A stretch of 20,837 nt of DNA, taken from NCBI GenBank assembly GCA_016198805.1, contig JACQHU010000200.1, forward strand, positions 1 to 20,837. Reading direction: 5' to 3'. Numbering within the stretch: position 1 is the first letter of the stretch; each line of letters begins with the position of its first letter. Positions 8,517 to 17,156 of the stretch are shown here, piece after piece. The DNA comes from Armatimonadota bacterium. GTDB taxonomy: Bacteria; Sysuimicrobiota; Sysuimicrobiia; Sysuimicrobiales; Humicultoraceae. The notes beneath the pieces were generated by a model that did not search any database, was not told the DNA's origin, and saw only the letters and a list, made by a program, of their open reading frames with translations. Made by a program: the position numbers and the translations under genes.

Positions 8517-9804
8517 AGCCGTAGGTCTCAGCCAGGGCGCGGCCCAGCGCCCCCAGGTCGGGCTCGATAACCGGCACCTGCGGCAGGGATGCGGCGGTCA
8601 CACCAGGGTCCTTCAGCCCCGACGAGGTGGACAGGCAGACGACGCGCGCGCCCGGCGCGATCTGCCCTCCGGCGGCCAGGCGCGCCGCGGCGGCGACGCT
8701 GATCACTGAGGAGGCCTCGGCGTAGATCCCCTCGGTCGCCGCCAGCCGCCGCTGGAAGGCCAGCGTCGCGGCGTCGTCCACGACGATCGCGCTCCCTTCA
8801 CTTTCGCGCAATGCCAGCAGCCCCTGGTAGGTCGGCGCGCCGGTGCCCACGTTGAAGGCTGCGCTCTCACTGCGGGGGACCGTCCGCAGGCGATGGGGGG
8901 GATCCAGGAGGGCGTCGGCGTAGGCCGGGTACGGCTCAGCGGCCACCAGCACCGGGGTCCGGTCGATCACGCCCAGCGCCAGCATTTCCTGGAAGCCCCG
9001 CCAGATCCCGATCAGGCCGTCGCCGTTGGACACCGGGATCACCATCACGTCGGGCGCGGACCACTCCAGCGCCGCGGCGATCTCGTAGGCGATGGTCTTG
9101 TAGCCTTCGAGGCCGTACGGGGTGCTGCCCGCCGGCGGCAGGATGGTGTTGGTGGTCGGAAACCATCCCCACAGCTCCACGACCGCTCCCACCATCCGCC
9201 AGCGGTCCTCGGTGGTCGGCACGATCACCACCATGGCGCCGTAGGCCTGCATCAGGGTCCGGATGGTGGCGGGCGCGGTCGGGGTCGCGAAGATGGCGCA
9301 GGGCAGGCCGGCACGCGCGGCATACGCCGCGGTGGATGCGCCGTGGTTGCCGGTGGAGGCGGCCACGACGCCGGGGGCGCCATGCGCGGCGGCGACGCTG
9401 ACCGCGACGCTGCAGAGCCGGTCCTTGAACGACCAGGTCGGGTTCTGCGACTCGTCCTTCAGCCACAGGTGCGGAAGGCCGATCTCAGACCCCAGGCGCC
9501 GCAGCGGTGTCAGCGGAGTGTCGCCTTCACCGAGCGTGACCGGGGCGGCCACATCGGGCAGCAGGGGGGCGAACCGCCAGACGCCCGACGGGTCGGCCGG
9601 GGCCGGGCCGCCGGGCCGATCTGCCGCTCTGCGGCCGGCGGCCAGGCGGCGAAAACCTTCCGTGTCGAGGCCGTGGTCCTCGTATTCGCACACCAGGTTG
9701 GCTGCGAACTCGGGGCTGCGGCAGGCAGGACACGCCGGGGGCGCGGGCCAGGCGGGGGCGCGGGTCCCGCAGTGCAGGCAGCGCAGGCCGGCGAGGCGGC
9801 TCAC
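8497..9804 (-). CDS. thrC: Threonine synthase-like PLP enzyme with an N-terminal zinc-ribbon
   Basis: The PLP-lysine motif WSFKDR is present, with the glycine-rich PLP loop ASTGNHGAS and an N-terminal CLHCG...CPAC Zn-ribbon. The start is taken as the GTG at 9804..9802, which overlaps the cupin TGA (GTGA). The track's longer N-terminus overlaps the cupin gene. Confidence 0.82.
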   Translation of the reverse strand: MSRLAGLRCLHCGTRAPAWPAPPACPACRSPEFAANLVCEYEDHGLDTEGFRRLAAGRRAADRPGGPAPADPSGVWRFAPLLPDVAAPVTLGEGDTPLTPLRRLGSEIGLPHLWLKDESQNPTWSFKDRLCSVAVSVAAAHGAPGVVAASTGNHGASTAAYAARAGLPCAIFATPTAPATIRTLMQAYGAMVVIVPTTEDRWRMVGAVVELWGWFPTTNTILPPAGSTPYGLEGYKTIAYEIAAALEWSAPDVMVIPVSNGDGLIGIWRGFQEMLALGVIDRTPVLVAAEPYPAYADALLDPPHRLRTVPRSESAAFNVGTGAPTYQGLLALRESEGSAIVVDDAATLAFQRRLAATEGIYAEASSVISVAAAARLAAGGQIAPGARVVCLSTSSGLKDPGVTAASLPQVPVIEPDLGALGRALAETYGFTASRC

Positions 9805-10127
9805 CCCGCGGACCCCGGGACGAGCACGTAGGCCAGCGTCAGGAGTTCCTTGTTCCCGTGGAAGCGGTGCGGCATCCCGGCGGGCACGAAGATGACCGAG
9901 CCCGGGCCCACCGCATGGTCGACGTCGCCGAGCCGCACCACTCCCCGGCCGCCGACACAGGCGTAGACCTCGTCCTGGGCGTGCGTCCCCTGCAGGTCCA
10001 ATCCGCCGGGCTTGATGCACAGGACGCCGACGACCAGGTCAGGCTGGGTGAGCAACCGGTGGAACTGCTGCGGCGAGTGGCTGATCGTTTCGGCGACCTT
10101 GGACGCGTCCCACACCCGTTCGTTCAT
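9801..10127 (-). CDS. Cupin-domain protein (108 aa)
   Basis: The two-motif cupin core G..H.H...E and P.G..H matches here as VYACVGGRGVVRLGD...IFVPAGMPHRFHGN. The ATG at 10127 is preceded by AGGAGGA. Confidence 0.82.
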   Translation of the reverse strand: MNERVWDASKVAETISHSPQQFHRLLTQPDLVVGVLCIKPGGLDLQGTHAQDEVYACVGGRGVVRLGDVDHAVGPGSVIFVPAGMPHRFHGNKELLTLAYVLVPGSAG

Positions 10128-10181
10128 CGGCGCTGTCCTCCTGTCTTGTGCGCAGTCTCCAGGACCCGGCGCGCGGGCGCT

Positions 10182-11957
10182 CTACCCGATGGACGGCAGG
10201 GCGTGCTCCTCCCGGGCCGCCACATAGTCGCCGATGACCAGGTAGTCGAGATTCATGGCCAGGAAGTTCCGGACCGCATCGCGGGGGCTGCACACGATCG
10301 ATTCCCCCTGCCGGTTGAATGAGGTGTTGAGCACGCACGGAACCCCCGTCAGTCTCTCAAGGTTCTGCAGGAGGTGCCAGTACCGCGGATTGGCTCCAGG
10401 CTGGACCGTCTGGACGCGCGCGGTCCCATCGACATGGACGCAGGCCGCAATACGATCGGCCTTTTCCCGCCTCACCGTCTTGACAAACGACATATACGGC
10501 GACTCGACGGGTTCGATGAACCACTCCTGGGCCTTCTCCGCCAGAACGGAGGGGGCCAGCGGGCGCCACAACTCTCTTCCCTTGAGCGTGTTGACCCGAT
10601 CCCGGACCTGCGCGGACCTCGGATCTGCGAGAATGCTTCGGTTCCCCAGCGCACGCGGGCCAAACTCCATTCGCCCCTGGAACCATCCCAGGACATGCCC
10701 CTGGCTCAGCAGCCGCGCGGCGGCGCCTGCGACATTGGCGTGGTGCACGTAGGGGAGCCCGGCGCCGTCCAGCGCCGACCGGACCTCCGCATCACCGAAC
10801 GACGGGCCAAGATATGGGCCAGGGAACGTGATGCGCACGCCTCGATCAGACTGCGCCGCCGCCCAGACCGCCGCCCCCAGCGCCGTCCCGGCATCCCCGG
10901 GAGCAGGAGGCACAAACACCTCGTGCCAGCACGATTCGCCTGCCAGCCGGCCATTGGCGACGCTGTTCAATGCCACCCCGCCAGACAGGCACAGCCGCCG
11001 GCTGCTGGCGCTCTGCTCCAGGTAGCGACACAGGGAGAGGAGCGCCCGTTCGAGCTGGAGTTGCAGGGACCTGGCGATGTCCGCATGCCGCTCCCCGAGC
11101 GGCTCGCTGGGATCACGCGGGGGGCCCAACCGCCGCACCAACGGGTCAGGAAAATGTCTGGCGCTCCAGGCCAGCGAGTAGTCCACACACCCGGTGTTCA
11201 GCGTGAACAGTCCGTCAGAGGTGACCCTCAAGAACTCTTCAAACGCATGGTCATAGCGGGGCTGGCCATAGGACGACAACCCCATCACTTTCCCTTCATC
11301 GACGAGCATACGGAAGCCGAGGAACGCCGTGATCGCCCCGTAGAAAAACCCCAGGGAATCCGGGACGGAGAAGGTCCTGAGGATCTTCAATTCGCGGTCC
11401 TGCCCGACGGCCAGGGTGGTGGTCGTCCATTCCCCTCGCCCGTCGGCGATGAGAATGGCCGCATCGCTGAAGCCGCTGAGGAGATAGGAGCCGCCGATGT
11501 GGGCCAGATGATGCGGCACGGCGACCAGCACCGGTCCGATTCGCCGTTCGAGCCCGAGCTCGCGGCGGACGATCACGGACCACCTGACGGCGGCCGCCAG
11601 CGACTCACGGAATGGGGCGAACAGGCGCAGCAGGGTCCGCGGGTTGCCTCTCGCCCACCGCAGCGCGTTGCGCGCCGTCGGGGCATTCCCTCTCACCCAT
11701 CGAAGCGAGTTCTGCAGCGCCTGGCCGAAGCCCTTAAGACGAGTGGGGCCGAGATCCAGGAAGAAGGCAATGACGTCGAGTTCCTCAGGGGCGATGCCGG
11801 CCTCAGAGAGGCAATACCGGATGGCGTGCGAGGGAAATCCCTTCGTGTGGGGTTCGCGGGTAAATCGCTCTTCCTCAGCGGCGGCCACGACACGCCCGTC
11901 TTCGACGATGGCCGCCGCCGAGTCGTGAAAGAATGCCGAGAATCCCAGGACCCTCAT
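10182..11957 (-). CDS. Carbamoyltransferase, NodU/CmcH (TobZ-like) family
   Basis: The N-terminus [37 protein letters not shown] is the hallmark of the NodU/CmcH Carbam_trans_N domain. A conserved C-terminal domain is present. The start is the ATG at 11957 (M13 of the track ORF). Confidence 0.9.
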   Translation of the reverse strand: [591 protein letters not shown]

Positions 11958-12113
11958 CGCCTCAGGCCGCACCCCCGAAAGTAAGTCTACCAAAACCGGG
12001 CTCGGCCGCTTGCCGGGATCGGTGGCCCGGGCGCAGCCGCAGGAGATACATCTGACCTAACGAACCCGCGTGTGCTGGGGCAATCCTTCACGCGATTTGC
12101 TGGGGGGCCGGAG

Positions 12114-14867
12114 ATGTTCGGGGTACCCTCCGGTACTGTGACTTTCCTCTTCACGGACCTTGAAGGGTCGACACGTCTCCTCCAGGATCTGGGCGACCGC
12201 TATGCCGCCCTGATCGATGATCACCACCGGCTGCTCCGCGCGGCCTTCCAGGACCAGGGGGGCGCGGAGATCGAGGACCACGGCGACGGCCTCTTCTATG
12301 CCTTTGGCAGCGCCAGGGCCGCTCTGGTGGCGGCCATCGCCGCACAGCGCGCGGTGCTCGCCCATCCCTGGCCCGAAGGCGTCCATCCACGGGTGCGCAT
12401 GGGGCTCCACACGGGCGAACCCCTGCGCGTCGAGACCCACTATGTGGGGATAGACGTCCATCGCGCGGCGCGCATCTGTGCCGCCGGTCACGGCGGGCAG
12501 ATTCTCCTCTCGCAGACGCTCCGAGATCTCATCGCGGATGACCTGCCCCAGGGAGTCGGCCTCCGCGACCTGGGGCCTCACCGCCTCAAGGACCTGCAGC
12601 ATCCCGAGCGGCTGTTCCAGGTCCTCCACCACGACCTGCCCTCAGAGTTCCCGACGCTGAAGAGCCTCGATGCGCGACCCAACAATCTCCCCCGCCAGCT
12701 GACCAGCTTCATCGGTCGGCAGCGCGAGATGGACGAGGTCAAGCGGTTCCTGTCCGTCAGCCGGATCGCCACCCTGACAGGGACGGGCGGGTGCGGCAAG
12801 ACCCGCCTCGCGCTCCATGTCGGCGCAGACCTCCTTGAGACGTTTCCCGACGGGGTGTGGCTGGTCGAACTGGGGGCGCTCTCCGAGCCTGCGCTGGTCC
12901 CGCAGTCCGTGGCCGCCGCGCTGAGGGTCCGCGAGGAGCCGGGGCGGTCGATGATCGATACCCTGTCGGACTACCTGTCCCTCAAGCACCTGCTCCTGGT
13001 GCTCGACAACTGTGAGCATCTCGTCGAGGCCTGCGCGCGTCTGGCCGAGACGCTGCTCCGGACGTGTCCCAGGCTTCGGATCCTGGCCACGAGCCGGGAA
13101 GCCCTGAGGGTTCCGGGGGAAGTGACCTACCATGTCCCGTCGCTGTCCCTCCCCGACCTCGACGCGTTGCCTTCCGTCGAACGGCTGATGCAGTCAGACG
13201 CGGTTCGACTGTTTGTTGACCGCGCGATGCTCAGCCAGCCGGCATTCGGCGTAGACAGCCGGAATGCGGCTGCGGTGGCCCAGGTCTGCCGCCGCCTCGA
13301 CGGCATCCCGCTGGCGCTTGAACTGGCGGCCACCCGCGTGAAGCTCCTATCCGTGGACCAGATCGCACGGCGTCTCGACGACCGGTTCCGGCTGCTCACG
13401 GCGGGGAGCCGGACAACCCTGCCCCAGCATCAGACGCTGCGGGCGGCGATGGATTGGAGCTACGAGCTCCTCAGTGACCAGGAGAGGATCCTGCTGCGGC
13501 GGCTCTCGGTGTTTGCCGGAGGATTCGCGTTGGACGCGGCGGAGACCATCTGCGCCGGAGGCGGTATCGCAGAACGCGAGGTCCTGGACCTGCTTGCCCG
13601 GCTGGTGGACAAGTCGCTGCTCATGACAGATGTGAGCAGGGAGGAAGCGCGCTACCGGCTCCTGGAGACGGTCCGGGATTACGCGCGAGAAAAGCTGGAG
13701 CAGTCCTCCGAGGCCGAGGCCACGCGCGGCCGGCATCGGGACTGGTTCCTCGCGGTGGCGGAGCGCTCAGAGCCAGAACTGACAGGCCGGGACCAGTCGA
13801 TCTGGCTGGACCGCCTGGAACGAGAAGTGGACAACCTTCGGGCCGCCCTCGAATGGAGCCAGGCGCACGCGGGCGAAGCAACAAACGGGCTCAGGCTGGC
13901 TGCTGCCCTCTGGTACTTTTGGGTCATGCACGGCTACTTCTCCGAGGGTCGGCGGTGGCTGGAGGCGACATTCATCAGCGGCGAGGTGGACCCGGCTGTC
14001 CGGGCCAAGGCCCTCTACGGGGCAGGCATCCTCGCCTACCATCAAGGGGACTATGCGCGAGCGGCGCGCCTGGGAGAAGAAGGTCTCGCCCTCAGTCGGA
14101 GGGCGGGGAACGACCTGCGAAGGGCGGGGTGCCTGGCCGTCATGGGCCTGGCCGCGGTGGGTAGAGGAGACTACGCTCAGGCGGCGGTGCACGGGAACGA
14201 GGCGCTCGCCCTGTTTCGGACCCTGGGCGATCACTGGGGGATCGCCCTCTCGCTGGTCATCGCCGGCGTCGCCGCGCAGTACCACGGAGACTACCGCCAG
14301 GCGGCGACGCTGTTTCAGGAGAGCCTGAGCATCCTCCGAGAGGTGGGCGATAAGCGGCTGGCCGCCTCGGTGACCGGCAGCCTGGGCGTCATTGCGCGGC
14401 TGTCGGGGAACCATGCGCAGGCCTCGGCCCTGCTGCGCCAGAGCCTCGAGTTCTTCAGAGGGCTGAAAGACCAGTGGGGCATCGGCTACACGCTCGGGCA
14501 CCTGGGGATCGTGGCACGTGCTCAGGGTGATGAGGCGCTGGCGCTGGCCTTCTTCCGGGAGAGTCTGGCCGTCCGCTGGCGGATTGGCGACAAGCGGGGC
14601 ATGGCCCAGTCGCTGGCGGGATTGGGCGCCATCGCCTGTGCGCACGCCGACTATCGCGCGGCGGCCCGGCTGCTGGGCGCGGCGCAGGCCCTGCGCAAAG
14701 CCATTGGCGCCCCCATGTCCCCTGCCGACCAGGAGGACTTCGACCGCACCATGCGGCTCGTCCGTGAGCATCTGGAGGAATCGGCGTTTGCGACCGCCCT
14801 GGCCGAAGGGCAGTCGACGCCGCTGGAACAGGTCGTCGCCGCGGCCCTCCAGGAGACCGCGGCATGA
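12114..14867 (+). CDS. Multidomain signalling ATPase: N-terminal class III adenylate/guanylate cyclase homology domain, NB-ARC/STAND P-loop NTPase and C-terminal TPR repeats. No HTH is evident.
   Basis: Cyclase motifs: VTFLFTDLEGSTRL, HGDGLFYAFGS and GIDVHRAARICAAGHGGQILLS. The P-loop is GTGGCGKTRLAL and Walker B is LLLVLDNCEH. The C-terminal third holds repeated TPR-like units (ALYGAGILAYHQGDYARAARL, GLAAVGRGDYAQA, AGVAAQYHGDYRQA). The start is the ATG at 12114 (MFGVPSGTVTFLFTDLEGS). Confidence 0.9.
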   Translation: MFGVPSGTVTFLFTDLEGSTRLLQDLGDRYAALIDDHHRLLRAAFQDQGGAEIEDHGDGLFYAFGSARAALVAAIAAQRAVLAHPWPEGVHPRVRMGLHTGEPLRVETHYVGIDVHRAARICAAGHGGQILLSQTLRDLIADDLPQGVGLRDLGPHRLKDLQHPERLFQVLHHDLPSEFPTLKSLDARPNNLPRQLTSFIGRQREMDEVKRFLSVSRIATLTGTGGCGKTRLALHVGADLLETFPDGVWLVELGALSEPALVPQSVAAALRVREEPGRSMIDTLSDYLSLKHLLLVLDNCEHLVEACARLAETLLRTCPRLRILATSREALRVPGEVTYHVPSLSLPDLDALPSVERLMQSDAVRLFVDRAMLSQPAFGVDSRNAAAVAQVCRRLDGIPLALELAATRVKLLSVDQIARRLDDRFRLLTAGSRTTLPQHQTLRAAMDWSYELLSDQERILLRRLSVFAGGFALDAAETICAGGGIAEREVLDLLARLVDKSLLMTDVSREEARYRLLETVRDYAREKLEQSSEAEATRGRHRDWFLAVAERSEPELTGRDQSIWLDRLEREVDNLRAALEWSQAHAGEATNGLRLAAALWYFWVMHGYFSEGRRWLEATFISGEVDPAVRAKALYGAGILAYHQGDYARAARLGEEGLALSRRAGNDLRRAGCLAVMGLAAVGRGDYAQAAVHGNEALALFRTLGDHWGIALSLVIAGVAAQYHGDYRQAATLFQESLSILREVGDKRLAASVTGSLGVIARLSGNHAQASALLRQSLEFFRGLKDQWGIGYTLGHLGIVARAQGDEALALAFFRESLAVRWRIGDKRGMAQSLAGLGAIACAHADYRAAARLLGAAQALRKAIGAPMSPADQEDFDRTMRLVREHLEESAFATALAEGQSTPLEQVVAAALQETAA

Positions 14868-15775
14868 AGCGCGTCGTCTCCATCGGCCCCGGCTCGAGCA
14901 CGCGAAACCACCGGGTCGAGGTGGAACTCTTGGGTCAGCACATCGTGATCGAGAAGATCGGGACCGACGGCGATCTCCGCCGCGCCAACGCCTTACTGCG
15001 CGAACTGGACGGCAACGTGGATGCGCTCGGCCTAGCCAATATCGATCTCTACGTCAGTGACGGCACCCGCAAGCACCTGCTGCGTGATGCGGCGCGGATG
15101 GTCGAGGGAGTCTCCAGGACTCCGCTGGTCGACGGCGGCGGCTTCAAGGACATCTGGGAGGCCTGGCTCATCAGAGAGTACCTGCCTCACCGGAAGGGCA
15201 TCTCGTTCCGCGACAAGAACGTGCTGCTGGTCTGCGCCGCGGGTCGCTGGGGGATGGCTGAGGCCCTGGTCAGCGTGGGGGCCGAGGTGATCTTCGGGGA
15301 TCTCATGTTCGCGCTGGGGGTGCCGATCCCGCTGCGATCCCTGACCGTCGTGAAGGGAGCGGCCGGAGCGCTCCTGCCGATCCTCCGCCACGTGCCGATC
15401 CGATACCTGTATCCTGTCGGCGCGCGGCAGGTGGAAATCGTCCCCCGGCATGGGAAGTACTATGCCTGGGCGGATGTGATCGCCGGAGACTTCCATTACA
15501 TCCGCCGGCATCTGCCCGCCGACTTGCGCCGGAAGATCATCCTGACCCAGACGATCACCCCTATCGACGTTGAAGAACTCCGCAAGCGGGGCGCGTGGCT
15601 GCTGATCACCGATTTTGCCCCGATGGGCGGCCGCGCCTTCGCCACCAATGTCCTGCAGGCGGTCGTGGTGGCCCTCCTGGAGAAGCGGCCCGAGGCGATC
15701 TCCCCGCAGGAGTACGTGGGGACGCTGCTCCGGGCAGGAATCGAGCCGGGGGTGGAGGAATTGACGCCCGCCTGA
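14864..15775 (+). CDS. Conserved hypothetical protein (303 aa), possibly of the AroM-like family often mis-annotated as quinate 5-dehydrogenase
   Basis: Its ATG at 14864 overlaps the stop of the upstream gene (ATGA), which indicates translational coupling. The composition is protein-like. The N-terminal KRVVSIGPGSS and a Rossmann-like NVLLVCAAGRWGMAEAL are visible. Family assignment is from memory only. Confidence 0.8.
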   Translation: MKRVVSIGPGSSTRNHRVEVELLGQHIVIEKIGTDGDLRRANALLRELDGNVDALGLANIDLYVSDGTRKHLLRDAARMVEGVSRTPLVDGGGFKDIWEAWLIREYLPHRKGISFRDKNVLLVCAAGRWGMAEALVSVGAEVIFGDLMFALGVPIPLRSLTVVKGAAGALLPILRHVPIRYLYPVGARQVEIVPRHGKYYAWADVIAGDFHYIRRHLPADLRRKIILTQTITPIDVEELRKRGAWLLITDFAPMGGRAFATNVLQAVVVALLEKRPEAISPQEYVGTLLRAGIEPGVEELTPA

Positions 15776-15800
15776 AGCCCCTCCCGGGAGGAGATGCGGA

Positions 15801-16730
15801 ATGCGATTTGTGACCGTCGAGGTGGGCGGAGTGCCGCGGCTGGGCCTCCTCGAGGGCGACCAGGTCTTTCTTCTGGCGCCGCTCCTGCGGCTCGCCGCGG
15901 GCAGGAAGCCGCGGGGGAAGCGCACCGCGCGGGCCGGCGATGTACCGGACGACCTCATCGCGTTCATCGAGCGGGGCTCCCTGGCCCAGGCCCGCGCGGC
16001 CCTCGCCCTCGGCCGCCGCCTCTTGAAGGAGGGCCGGGGCAGAGACCTCGTGATGCCCCTGGCCAGGGCCCGGCTGCTGGCGCCGATCCCGCGCCCCCGC
16101 AAGAACATCTTCTGCATGGGCCGCAACTACGCCGAGCACGCCAGGGAAGCCGGCAACCCGGTGCCGGACGTGCCGGTGTTCTTCACCAAACCGGCGACGT
16201 GCGTGGTCGGCCCGGACGCCCCCGTGGTGCATCACGCGGTGACCGACGCCCTCGACTACGAGGTGGAGCTCGCCGTGATTATCGGCCGGCGCGGGCGCGA
16301 CATCCGGGTGGACCGGGCGTTAGAGCACGTGTTCGGCTACACTATCATGAACGACATCACGGCGCGCGACCTGCAGAGGCGGCACCTCCAGTGGTTCAAA
16401 GGGAAGTCCCTGGACACGTTCGCGCCGCTGGGCCCGGCGGCCGTGCATCGATCACTGATCCCCGATCCCCAGAACCTGCGGCTGCGGATGCGCGTCAACG
16501 GCGAAGTGCGTCAGGACGCCTCAACCCGCGACATGGTGTTCAGCGTCGCCCAGTTGGTCTCGGCCCTCTCGGCCGGGATGACGCTGGAGCCCGGCGACAT
16601 CCTGGCCACGGGCACGCCGGAGGGCGTAGCGATGGGACGGACGCCGCCGCCATGGTTGAAGCCGGGCGATCTCGTGGAAGCCGAGATCGAGGGGATCGGG
16701 GTTCTGCGGAACAGGATCGCAGCCCCGTAG
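15801..16730 (+). CDS. Fumarylacetoacetate hydrolase (FAH) family protein (HpcE/MhpD/FAHD1-like hydratase/decarboxylase)
   Basis: FAH-family motifs are present: NIFCMGRNYAEHA, VPVFFTKP, LDYEVELAVIIGR, MNDITARDLQ and GDILATGTPEGV. The SD is GGGAGGAG, 8 nt before the ATG. Confidence 0.9.
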   Translation: MRFVTVEVGGVPRLGLLEGDQVFLLAPLLRLAAGRKPRGKRTARAGDVPDDLIAFIERGSLAQARAALALGRRLLKEGRGRDLVMPLARARLLAPIPRPRKNIFCMGRNYAEHAREAGNPVPDVPVFFTKPATCVVGPDAPVVHHAVTDALDYEVELAVIIGRRGRDIRVDRALEHVFGYTIMNDITARDLQRRHLQWFKGKSLDTFAPLGPAAVHRSLIPDPQNLRLRMRVNGEVRQDASTRDMVFSVAQLVSALSAGMTLEPGDILATGTPEGVAMGRTPPPWLKPGDLVEAEIEGIGVLRNRIAAP

Positions 16731-16740
16731 AAGCGGTCGC

Positions 16741-17156
16741 CTAGCGGCGGGGGGCCAGCGGCGCCAGCAGCGCGGCGACATCCTCCAGGAAGGCCTGGTC
16801 TTCCCGTGTGAAGGCGTTGAGTTCAGTGCCGTCGATGTCGATCTCGCCGACCACCCGGCCGTCGGCGAAGATCGGCACCACGATCTCCGACTTCGTGCCG
16901 GCAAAGCAGGCCAGGTAGCGGGGATCCTTGGTGACGTCGCCGACGATCTCCGTTTTGCCGGACTGCGCGGCCGCGCCGCACACGCCGTTACCGATGGGGA
17001 TGCGCGTGTGCTCGGTGGCCTGGGGGCCCTTCCACGAGCCGAGCCCAGATCGGTGCCCTTATACACGACGCTGCCCGTCGCGGTTTCGCGGTCCAGCCCA
17101 CGGCGGGCACGGGAACAGCGGGGGCGCGTGACACGTTTGATACAAACGACGATCAA
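16741..17156 (-). pseudogene. Free methionine-(R)-sulfoxide reductase (fRMsr, GAF-domain, YebR/MsrC-like), disrupted
   Basis: The C-terminal about 95 residues (IPIGNGVCGAAAQSGKTEIVGDVTKDPRYLACFAGTKSEIVVPIFADGRVVGEIDIDGTELNAFTREDQAFLEDVAALL) align closely with fRMsr. The same frame hits a TAA at 17061..17059 inside the conserved region. The upstream part continues only in another frame, across a GAGCC-GAGCC tandem repeat at 17036-17045. Confidence 0.55.

Noticed and set aside
8893-9831. 312-aa plus-strand ORF and 8936..9466 minus-strand alternative-frame ORF
   Set aside because: They overlap the ThrC-like gene and are Gly/Arg-rich, low-complexity shadow ORFs.
10374-11984. 536-aa plus-strand ORF
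   Set aside because: It is antisense to the carbamoyltransferase, which has an unmistakable NodU/CmcH N-terminus.
12642-14771. Minus-strand ORFs 12642..13133, 13347..13736 and 13767..14771
   Set aside because: They are antisense to the cyclase-STAND-TPR gene.
15032-16235. Minus-strand ORFs 15032..16126 and 15606..16235, and plus-strand 15794..16744
   Set aside because: They are antisense to, or an alternate frame of, the 303-aa and FAH genes. 15794..16744 is the +2 frame of the FAH gene.
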